NCBI GenBank assembly: GCA_051362555.1
Contig: CM120641.1
Location: 43,096,401-43,160,400, forward strand
Length of the DNA stretch: 64,000 nucleotides
Reading direction: 5' to 3'
From: Lingula anatina
Taxonomy: Eukaryota; Animalia; Brachiopoda
Made by a program: the position numbers and the translations under genes. Positions 54,101 through 64,000 of the stretch are shown in pieces; the first letter of the stretch is position 1, and each line of letters starts with the position of its first letter. Under the pieces are notes generated by a model. That model had not been told where the DNA came from, searched no databases, and was given only the letters and a program-made list of their open reading frames with translations.

Positions 54101-55518
54101 GATATCTTTGACAATACCTGAGTCCTATATGTATAATAATTGCAAATAATATCCACAATAACAGCATAGGAATTGAGATGAAAAAAATTGCTTTATGACG
54201 AAAAAAATATCCACCCCTTCGGAGAGCCCAGGCCCCTCGCGCTCTACATTTTGAAGGACCCATCCACATCACTATGATAGATCTTTCAGTCACAAAAGTT
54301 TAATTTTCCTCATTCTAATGGTCCGTGAGGAGATGGCTGAAATTACACAGTAGAAAATTTTAATCATCCACCCCCATGAGCAGCTCTACCCTAAAATTCC
54401 GAAGTGTTCATGCACATCCCTTATGACAGGTTTATCAGTCACCAAATGAAGCAGATAGCAGAAATTACAATGTAAATAAATTAGATGCATCCGCTGTCCC
54501 TCGTACAGCCCAACACCAAGGCGCACTAAAATTCCGAAGTGCCCATGCACATCCCTGATGATAGGTCTATTAAGTACCAGTCTCTGTAAGGTTCAGAATA
54601 GGGTGGCACATGACCCTCTCAGATTTTGATGAAAATTGGTGTATTTGTTCATTATAGCCCCAAACCAACATAATGGATATTGGTTTGTTTGAATCACCCT
54701 CGGTTGCCATGGTAACAGCACTTAAAATTTTTCACCCAAGATGGCGGAATCCAGATTGCAAAATTTCAATTTCAGCTATATTTGAGCTAAAAAAACCATA
54801 AATGTGAATAAATAAATATTTTTCATTTTCAAACATTGTTAAATATCATATCCTATTTGAACTAAAAACATAAAAATATTATTTTTGCTGGCCTTTAAAA
54901 ATTAGAAAAATAACTTTGAAAATGGAGAATTTTCAAAAATTCAAAATTTTGCTAAAATGCCCAATTTTGCAAATTTCAAATACATTTTTCATAGACTGGC
55001 CAAAGCCATCTATTATCACCATACATTACATAAGAAAGTACATGTACTGTCCTTTTATAATCAAAAATAAAATTTTTTTCAAACACATTTTTCAAAAATT
55101 TATTCAATTTTTAAATTTCTTAATCCAAGATGGCGGCAACCAAATTGCACATTTTACAAATTTGTGTATATTAAAAATAACAAACATGGTAACCTTACAG
55201 AGACTGGTATTAAAATACCCCAAGTTTCAACTTCCTCACTCTAATGATCTCGGAAGAAATGGCGAAAATTTCTAACGCACAGTCGCACTGACACACGAAC
55301 GCACGGACGGGCGGGATAACATGATCATCGACTTTTGTCACAAATAAATAAATTATAATAATAATAATAATAGATATTGATAACGACTTTTGTTTTTTAC
55401 TTATTTTCAGGGCATTGACACACTGAGCGAGGACACGGTGTCGTTTCACTACGTGGACCCTGGAAGCATGTATCTAATGCATTTCCTCCTGTACGATATC
55501 AGACGACCTGCCAGCTGA
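48157..55518 (+). CDS. C1GALT1: C1GALT1-like copy 2, ~295 aa
   Basis: Exons 48157-48238, 49813-50510 and 55411-55518. Near-identical to copy 1, with a 9-nt deletion in exon 1 and about 8 aa changes in exon 2; reading frame intact. Confidence 0.9.
48302..48677. mobile_element. TTAA-TSD MITE (Kolobok-like), copy-2 specific
   Basis: TTAA|agatgcatac...gtatgtacct|TTAA; empty site attttaaccc near 41291-41300. Confidence 0.75.
51260..52174 (-). pseudogene. Frameshifted Tc1 transposase
   Basis: Fragments in several frames: SRVARLKPLIS, FSDERRF, MVWGC, HQDDNAPC, WPAQSLDANIIENMW (Tc1 catalytic motifs). Probable start MARYRQLS at 52174; 3' end approximate. Confidence 0.85.
52179..52804. mobile_element. 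Non-autonomous DNA transposon nested in the Tc1 (77-bp TIRs, 8-bp TSD)
   Basis: TIRs 52179-52255 and 52728-52804; CATATTGG duplicated at 52171-52178 and 52805-52812. An 8-bp TSD fits hAT or P-like elements. Confidence 0.88.
54575..55209. mobile_element. MITE with 19-bp TIRs, copy-2 specific
   Basis: taccagtctctgtaaggtt / aaccttacagagactggta; absent from copy 1 (ctattaatacc near 45550-45560). Confidence 0.8.
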
Positions 55519-55646
55519 TGGTGGACTTGAGCGTATAAATAGATTGTTTTGATGATTGATATCAATAGAGAGATTTTAAAAACAAAGGGGGGGGGTGCGC
55601 CACCCTCTCTCTCTCTCTCTCTGTATTTGTGCGCACGCGCGCGGCG

Positions 55647-55701
<55 letters not shown>

Positions 55702-58700
55702 ATGGACAAAACTTTGTAATTTTGTCCATGGAGAGAGTAAGAAGTTCCTACTGAAAAATGCTGAGGACCAACGTTACAGCCGATACTTGAATTCGAAATG
55801 TACCGGAGCCACTCGTAATAGTACTGTAATACAACACTGGAATTCAATTCCAAGGACCTTAGCACGCATTGGCTGCTTGGTATTACATTTAACGAATGTT
55901 CTGTAAGAAACAACTTTGCTAACATATTTTGAATTTCTTATACGTAAATAAAGCAAACATAGACAATAGTCAGTGAAATAAAGGACCTGAGAAAGAAACC
56001 AAGGTCCATTTCCATGGACTATTACTTTCCCTACGTCCCTTTTTGGTAGTGAAAATCTCGGGTGGGGTGTAAGCATGAAAGGAATAAATAATTATAAGCA
56101 ATATTCTTTTATGACACAAGGTTACTCTGCAATTTATCTTCTTCAATTTATGCTATGGAATATCACCCAACTAGCCTGTTGATCTCGCAAATGACGGTTA
56201 ATCGGTTTGCTATATTACGAGTAAGAAGCCTCCTCCCCCAAATGTCACACCAGCAGGTTTCCAAATGGTAACTTTACCGCAGAAAAATGTCCAGTGCCAA
56301 AAGAAAGCCATTTGGGGAACATGTTTGATCACGCCATGACGGACTACTCTCTACCAGGGTGGTAGATATTATAGGCACATTTTCCATATTTTGGAAATGT
56401 GGAAATGTGCCTATAATATCTGCCATTATTAAATTGACTCCCCCATGAAATTTTGACTCCGCCAACAAAACTTCATAAATCTAATTTTATTTGAGTACAT
56501 GGCTCTTATCTTGTGGTATGCATAATTATATTTAGTCACCATATCATGATATTCCACATTGTGACGAATATTTTGTTTGTATTTGAAATATTGGTGGTGG
56601 AAATTTTGGTGCAAATTAATACTTTTTAAAACAAATATTCATCGTACTACCTGTAGGATTTGGACTACCATGTCAAAATGCTACATTTTTTAATTTTATC
56701 TCAAGAAATCACCCCCTTGGCCTTTTTATTGAATTCTTCATAAATAGCAAAATGATTGAATCCCTGAATCAAATTATTGAAATTATCAGAAATTATCAAA
56801 TTATCAATCAGACAAGATAAAAGTCATATGGTCAAATAAAATAATAGGGCCTATTTATGTATGACGTTTTGTGTTTATGGGGGGGGGGGGGGGGGGGCGG
56901 GGAGTAAAAATTTCATGTGGGATTTTCATTATGAAAATTTGACTCTAGGAGTCAGATTTTCATGTCACACCGGTACATACTTTTATTAGAGACAACTGGT
57001 GGAGTGGTGTGATGCAAACAGCTTGGTTTATTTCAAATGCTAGCAAAACAAAAGAATTAGCGGTTAGACTTTAGAAAGAACAAATATCAAATCACCAAGT
57101 TACTTTAAAGATGCTGAGGTACAAAGAGTTGACGGGTTAACACTTTTAGGGGTCTATAGGGACACCAAATTTGTGCCAGTTTAAGGCCCCATTCCCATAG
57201 ACACCATCGGTCTATGTAGATCGATCCAACTCTGTGGGGACTCTCGCTGAATGCAATCATGAAACGTCTTCTCGAACAGCTAGGAAGTAATACTGACAGG
57301 GGCGGATCCAGAGATATTTTCTGACAGTCTTCCAAATTATCTTTGTTGATCCATCCTCCATTTCTGACCGTCTTCCGACAGAAAAAAATAGATACCCGTC
57401 AATGTAAATTTTAAAATCTGACCGTCTTCCGGAAGACCCAGAAGACGGTCTCAATCCGCCCCAGTATTACTGGCTCTGACCATAGGGTGTACCAGTACAG
57501 GTACCGGGTAGTCTGTTATAAATTCATTGTGTTTCAGATGTTGTCGACAGCGACAAGTCAGTCACACAGTCTCAACTAACGCAATGTCGCTCTTGTCAGT
57601 TTTTCAGTACTTGAATAGTTTTTAGCCGTCACCAGCAATATGAGCAGACGGATATTTTGGGCGCGTTTAGGTGTTTTCTTTGGTTTGTAATAAATTAACT
57701 GTCTGGAATATTTCTGTTTACATGCCTCGTTTTCTCACTCTTTTATAATATTTCTAAAATCTGTATCGATATGGATGATATTAGTAAATTGTCATCGCCT
57801 TAACGTAGTGAAATAAGTCAGGTGATATGTGTAGAGTTTGCATTAAAAATGCAAAATTGCTGAGGTAGCTAGACAAGTTATTACTTAATCCAATCACTTC
57901 TCTGATATTTACATCTCCCCGTTAGAATGTATCACTGACAACCGAAGTCGACAGCAAAATCGACTAAATGAATATGAAACATAGTCTTGTGTGATGTGAT
58001 AATAAAATCTATAAGCCTGATGGCGCTGCCATTTGCAGTCTAACTTTGGTTTTGGCAATGACAATGCATATCGCCCTCATATCGGCCTATCGAAAGACTC
58101 TAGCTCCTCGACACTGAGACAGTTTGGTTAGCATAAACAAAAAAGAACAAGCACTCGCTGTTAAAAATGTGATTTTTGAGTGGAGCACTTAAGTTTCTAT
58201 TACACCACCACACACTTTAAATTTTATTTGTAACCTCCCTCTATTTCTTGATCTCCCACATCTCTGCGTGGGGCAAGTAGATTTTCAGACCTACTTGACC
58301 GACATAGTAAGCGTCTGAGAATATTTTGACATGCCCTTATCATCACTAAGGCCATATATCATTTTATTTAATTTTGTTGGCATACAAACTTAAATTTTCA
58401 ATCAGTAAACCACCTAGATAGTGGACAGCACTGGTAATAAATATCAATTAAACATATAAAGGCCTATGTACTATATGTTTTAATTCTGGGTTTATAATAG
58501 GGGCCTAATCGTGTTTTCCACAAAGATGGAAGTCATTTAGAACATATAACTATAATAATTTTCTTGTTGGAGAAACCTACAAAATCTACCTTTTTAGGTT
58601 CAAATTTTTAAAATATTCTTGCCCCCCCCCCCCCCCTTGCAGAAACACCCATGGCTAAACATGGAAATTCAAAAGTAAAAAGTATTTTCTTTATCAAAAA

Positions 58701-59060
58701 AGTCTAGTGAAACGATAAAATTTTTTTATTATATTACACACTCACAATTTTCATAAAAACTTGTAAATTTGCCCAAAATCTTATTATTATGTTTCAAGAG
58801 GCCAACATCGTGTACTATGGTCAGGTAGGCCCTATTCTTTGATTGGCTGTTGCTCGTTAAATCACATGACCTGTCTTAACAAAATTTGATATCTACGCAG
58901 GTAAAGTTTACAGTAGGCCTAATTTGTTAAGCTATCATTTGCCATGTTTTGGTCTCGTGTGGCATTAGTGTAATACCATACCCTGCAAATGTAGCTGACA
59001 CTGAATACAGGTAATTGAGTCTGATTTGATTTCCATAGGTAAAGTTTCATATCTCTCTTA

Positions 59061-59747
59061 CACCCCATTTCCACAGATTAGATCGACCTACTTTAGATCG
59101 ACCTAACTCCCTGGGGGTTCACGCTAAATAGCTGTCAGCCGGGCGGACACGAAAGTTAATTACCCCCTTCCAGCTTGTAGTAGGCGGGACGGACATTTAA
59201 GTCGGATTATCTGAAAGTAATCTAGTAAGACTCCCCGCGGGGATAGATCGATCTAAAATCTATGGGAATAGAGCCTTAGGGTGTATTCCCAGAGGTTTAG
59301 ATCGATCCAGGGATTAAGATTTAGATCGACCTAACTCCCTGGGGGTTCACGCTAAATTGCAGTCAGCCGAGCGCGCACCATAGTTAATTACCTCTTTACA
59401 GCTTTTAGTAGGCGGGTCAGACGCTTAAGCCGGCTAAGCTGACAGTAATCTAGTGAGACTCCCCACAGGGATAGATCGATCTAAAATCTATGGAAATGGG
59501 ATCTTGTTTGGGGGTGGCCGGCTCATGTCTTACACCCCATTTCCATAGATTAGATCGACCTACTTTAGATCGACCTAACTCCCTGGGGGTTCACGTTAAA
59601 TAGCTGTCAGCCGGGCGGACACGAAAATTAATTATCCCCTTACAGCTTGTAGTAGGCGGGACGGACATTTAAGTCGGATTATCTGAAAGTAATCTAGTGA
59701 GACTCCCCGCGGGGATAGATCGATCTAAAATCTATGGGAATAGAGCT
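59061..59747. mobile_element. Cluster of three copies of the ~210-bp Harbinger-like MITE (59061-59275, 59279-59503, 59533-59747)
   Basis: Each has tagatcgacctaactccctgggggttcacg...gactcccc.c.gggatagatcgatcta; TTA flanks. Confidence 0.85.
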
Positions 59748-59940
59748 TTAGTTAAGCTAACTCTTATCAAAATAACACGACCCAGGACTGGGCCCCTGAG
59801 GACGTGTGTTTTGACAGCGCCCCTGGTTAAAAGCTTAGAGATTGTTTTTGGGACGTTAGAGTTGATGTATGAATGTCCCTTTGATGCGTTATCACGTGTT
59901 TGTGAAGAGATGAACACTGTGATAGGACGTGTCCGTCTTA

Positions 59941-61396
59941 GAGCGCATTCTCAACGAATTAAGCCAGGCTTTACAAAGCCGGTGACCTAAAAATGGCGGA
60001 CGTACATGAAAGAAAAACCGCCTAATCTTTTAATAGTCTCTCCGCCTCTCACACGCCTCCCCACACGTCGTCCCTGCGGGGTACAGTAATTAAATCTCGG
60101 CTCCGAACATTAATATTTCCGTGAATATCTCTGGTGATATTATCTCCGTAGATAATCGATTCATTGCTGCTCTACGGGCCAAATTATTTCTTTTTCGTCT
60201 CTGTTTTCAAAGATAATAGAACAGAAGAGCTTTTTTCCTTCGATCGCCTTCAGCCGCCATGCTTTCTTCACCACGAGTTTAACTGATGAGCATGCGCACT
60301 TAATATTTCTCAGGTAGCTTCCGCATGGCGAACGGAGACGCGATTTAATTACCAGGCCGAACCAACTACCAGACTCGGCACCTACGGATCCAGAATAATC
60401 CGGTATATCAGACCACACTACCCGTTTTCAAGGTGTGTGTCAGATCGCATTACAGAGTATCAGCCACCACACCGATTTTGCCTGGTGCGCGATGTGATAG
60501 CGATGATCGTAGTAATAGATAGACCCCGAGTCAGCGAGGGTTATGTGGCATACACGAGTGCGAAGCACGAGTGGATGTCACATAACCCTCGCTGACGAGG
60601 GATCTATCTTATTTAGACCACGGGTCCATTAGCGGGTTATAACGCATTCATGCGAGACGTGCGGTTATGCGAGTTACACCACGTCTGAATCTTTTGTTCT
60701 TCACTTCCACCGTGGTCTAAAGCGGGGTTGGAAAGTAGTGCATCTCATCTAGATTCATGCGCTGCTGCAATTTTCCCTGTTTATGCTAAAAATCTGACAA
60801 TACCGCAATTTTTAACATAAAATTAAGGTTCGAACATAGCCAATGATGTTTTGTAAATAAGAACTTGCAAACTTATATTCATTTAGAAAAGTAGACCTAA
60901 TTTTGATAGCGGAAGCATATTCTGTCGGGGGTTAAATATTTTCTGGGCGAGATTCAGTGAGTCGTCTGTCGCCATGTTGTCACTCGGAACTACTCCGATG
61001 TCTCCGCACTCGACAATAGTATGGAGCTTGCGGAATGAGCCGAGGATTGCCGATTTCCATGTTGTTGTATTCATACGACTCCTACTTGACGAAAACGAGG
61101 CGCGATACCCGGATGACAGGTAGGCTTACAAAATTTGTGATGGGGTATGATACTCTGTAATGCGATCTGACACACACCTTGAAAACGGGTAGTGTGGTCT
61201 GATATACCGGTTTATTCTGGATCTGTAGGTGCCGAGTCTGGTAGTTGGGTAGGCCTGATCACTGTACCCCGCAGGGACGACGTGTGGGGAGGCGGAGAGA
61301 CTATTAAAAGATTAGGCGGTTTTTCTTTCATGTACGTCCGCCATTTTTAGGTCACCGGCTTTGTAAAGCCTGGCTTAATTCGTTGAGAATGCGCTC
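59941..61396. mobile_element. 1.45-kb non-autonomous element with ~250-bp inverted arms
   Basis: gagcgcattctcaacgaattaagcc... at 59941 is mirrored at 61396; arms are 59941-60088 plus 60352-60461 vs ~61148-61396; no transposase ORF seen. Confidence 0.85.
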
Positions 61397-61422
61397 TAAT
61401 AATTCTGATACGAATTGTGTAA

Positions 61423-61637
61423 CACCCCATTCTCATAGATTAGATCGACCTACATTGGATCGACCTAACTCCCTGGGGGTTCACGCTAAATAGCTGTCAG
61501 CCGGGCGGACACGAAAGTTAATTACCCCTTAAAGCTTGTAGTAGGCGGGGACGGACACTTAAGGGGGATTATCTGACAGTAATCTAGTGAGACTCCCCGC
61601 GGTGATAGATCGATCTAAAAGTTGTGAGAACAGAGCC
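61423..61637. mobile_element. ~210-bp Harbinger-like MITE copy
   Basis: Same family as 18551; TAA TSD on both sides. Confidence 0.85.
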
Positions 61638-63582
61638 TAAGATAACTATAAAAGTGCCGTATTAAGAATTATCGGCTTGTTGTTTCACTTCAGTAAGATG
61701 TGAGAGAGGTGTCTCGCCTCTGTATGTGTTTGACCTGTAGGGCCGATTGTACGTAATACGCACAGAGCGGCGGGGGAAATAGAAAAAGGGGGAGGTTGGA
61801 CTGGTTGCAGAAAGCGCTTTTCGGTCAACAAGTGACCTTCATCAGCTGCAGAGTCCTAAAAAAAAGGGGGGTTTTAGGGAGGGGTGGTCAGTACTGTGTA
61901 TAACGCTATGGTTATCACAGGAAGGAGTGTTCGTCCTGGTATTGTCGGACTTCCTCCGCAAAGGTGTCTCGACTTTGTGTGTAACTGCTTATGCAGAGCA
62001 GGGTGCACAAATGTGCTAGGACGTCTCGTCCTTACAAAGGTGTCTCGCCTTTGTGTGTGTGTCTGCTTGGCAGATCACCGTTTGGAATGCGTGCACAAAA
62101 GTATCTCGCTTTTGAGGCTGTGGTGCTTACAGATAGCGGTACAGTAGAGGTGGTGAGGACAGTCACCTGCGTTGCCTGTGGTCACTATTGTGAGCTAGCG
62201 GGTTCAGACAGCGACGTGTTGATTGCTCAATAGTCGAGTAAGAACATTTTAGTGTTTAGGCCTACTCAGAATAAGATCACTTAGAATGTCCTCACATTGT
62301 GCGACCTAAGTTGAAAGTGCAATTTCGTCGGTAAATTGTGGGGAACGTGTTTGAATAAGCAGGGCAGACTAGAGTGACTCACTAATAAGTGTTAACTTTG
62401 GGTCCATATTTTTTGACATCGTCGATCATGAAAGGCTACATTATGAACTTTGCTCGAGGATAGTGTAGGCCGGTATTGCCCAAAATCTTATTATTATGTT
62501 TCAAGAGGCCAACATCGTGTACTATGGTCAGGTAGGCCCTATTCTTTGATTGGCTGTTGCTCGGCTCTGTTAACTCACATGACCTGTCTGAACAAACTTT
62601 GATATCTACGTAGGTAAAATTTACAGTAGGCCTAATTTGTTAAGCTATCATTTGCCATGTTTTGGTCTCGTGTGGCATTAGTGTAATACCATACCCTGCA
62701 AATGTAGCTGACACTGAATACAGGTAATTGAGTCTGATTTGATTTCCATAGGTAAAGTTTCGTATCTCTCTTAGTGTTTAGGCCTACTCAGAATAGTGAA
62801 ATAAAGGCCAAGAGGGTTGTTCAAATGCAGTGTAGAGAGACAGCGTCGATCACTAAAATATCGAGATAATATCCGCAAGAGTGGTCATTGAGGGGCTTTT
62901 CGGTCAGATTATCTTGATTTTCCAAAAATATTTCAGAGAGGTGCAGCGCAAGAAGGTTTTTAAATCCAGAGAAAATGCCGTTTACCCCGGGATAATTGGT
63001 TAAATATGAATTTTGGCGCCAAAATCCTCTTTGTGTACCTTTAAGTCACTTGCGTTTGTGGGGAAGTACAACAAAAATAATTTCTAGTTGCTCGACCGCA
63101 AGAATCACTTGCGCCGGGCAAGTAACGCACGTAGGTATGTCGAACCCTGCAGCATGACTCAAACATATTAAATTTTTAGAAAAAACGTTAGTCTGAAATG
63201 AAAAAAAAAATCTATTGACCATGTCGGATCAATGAATTCACACATTTTGAAAAAAAAAAAAAAACTACTGGTCAGCACGAAATTTTACTGGTCGTGGGCG
63301 TCGGACCAGTGATTAACATCGAAGTCTGCTATATATTTATAATCTTTATATTTAAGATGTTAATTAATTAATTTACTTTATTTCATTTTACATATTTTGT
63401 AAAATTGTAAAGTCTACCGAACATTTTAAATGGATTGAGAATGTAATTAAATAAATAAATAAATTATTATTATTACTACTGATTATTATTATAATTATTA
63501 TAACGTAATCTACAGATACATACAGTTAACTGGGTGAATGTCTGTTTCAGCCTGTATGGACGTACAATGTAGTAGTTCCCTT

Positions 63583-64000
63583 ATGGCACCCAATAGAAAA
63601 CAATTCAAGATATTTATCTTAACAGCTGTTATATTCATTGTCCTGTTGAACACATACGTTTACTACGCAGTCAATGGTCCTGGTACGTAATGATGATGTT
63701 AGTTTATTTATTTGATAAGAATTATAATCAAGATATTTGAAGTTTTAATTTAATATAACAACATATAGAAAGGCATATGATAATCATTCAAAATGGAACA
63801 AATATTGTACATGGATTTTCACAATTTCGTGACTACCATTTGTCTCATTCCAGGTACTTCACTTTCATTAAATCATAAAAAAATATATCATCCTCGTTTA
63901 CTTTGTTGGATTCTCACTACCAAGAGAAACTTTAAAACGAAAGCGAAAGCGGTGAAAGACACATGGTCCAGGAGGTGTGATGTCAGATTATTCGTTGCTT
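63583..64000 (+). CDS. C1GALT1: C1GALT1-like copy 3 (5' part, truncated by the window end)
   Basis: Exon 63583-63682 (MAPNRKQFKIFILTAVIFIVLLNTYVYYAVNGP), 171-nt GT-AG intron, exon 63854->64000 (GTSLSLNHKKIYHPRLLCWILTTKRNFKTKAKAVKDTWSRRCDVRLFVA). Confidence 0.85.

Larger units (their letters stand above)
40554..56230 (+). repeat. Tandem segmental duplication: ~40554-46591 vs ~47558-56230
   Basis: Collinear, highly similar upstream, intron and 3' flank sequence from agtctgttc..tgtttaa to gagtaagaagcc in both units. Confidence 0.9.
58769..62794 (+). repeat. ~290-bp near-identical direct repeat (58769-59060 and 62477-62773)
   Basis: ttgcccaaaatcttattattatgtttcaagaggcc...atctctctta occurs twice. 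Confidence 0.85.

Overview
AT-rich, intron-rich animal genomic DNA, most likely an invertebrate bilaterian (lophotrochozoan-like repeat content; the organism is not determinable from the sequence). It holds five + strand genes. (1) A complete ALK4/5/7 (Baboon/TGFBR1)-class TGF-beta/activin type I receptor at 5120-21400. Its ligand-binding Cys-box half is encoded by two paralogous, same-phase exons (11813-11961 and 12790-12947) that can only be used mutually exclusively, and the intron between them has a candidate competing RNA-pairing switch. (2) A ~900-aa ankyrin-repeat protein (27771 to ~35668) built from an internally duplicated four-exon module. (3-5) A tandem array of core-1 beta-1,3-galactosyltransferase (C1GALT1/GT31)-like genes at 41144-45852, 48157-55518 and 63583->64000. 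The first two form a recent segmental duplicate carrying copy-specific transposon insertions. The rest is MITEs (hAT-, PIF/Harbinger-, Kolobok- and EnSpm-like), a decayed Tc1 element with a nested insertion at its start codon, a 109-bp palindromic tandem repeat, a 3.2-kb nested MITE stack and microsatellites. All gene models were built by eye from GT-AG sites, phase continuity and family motifs.
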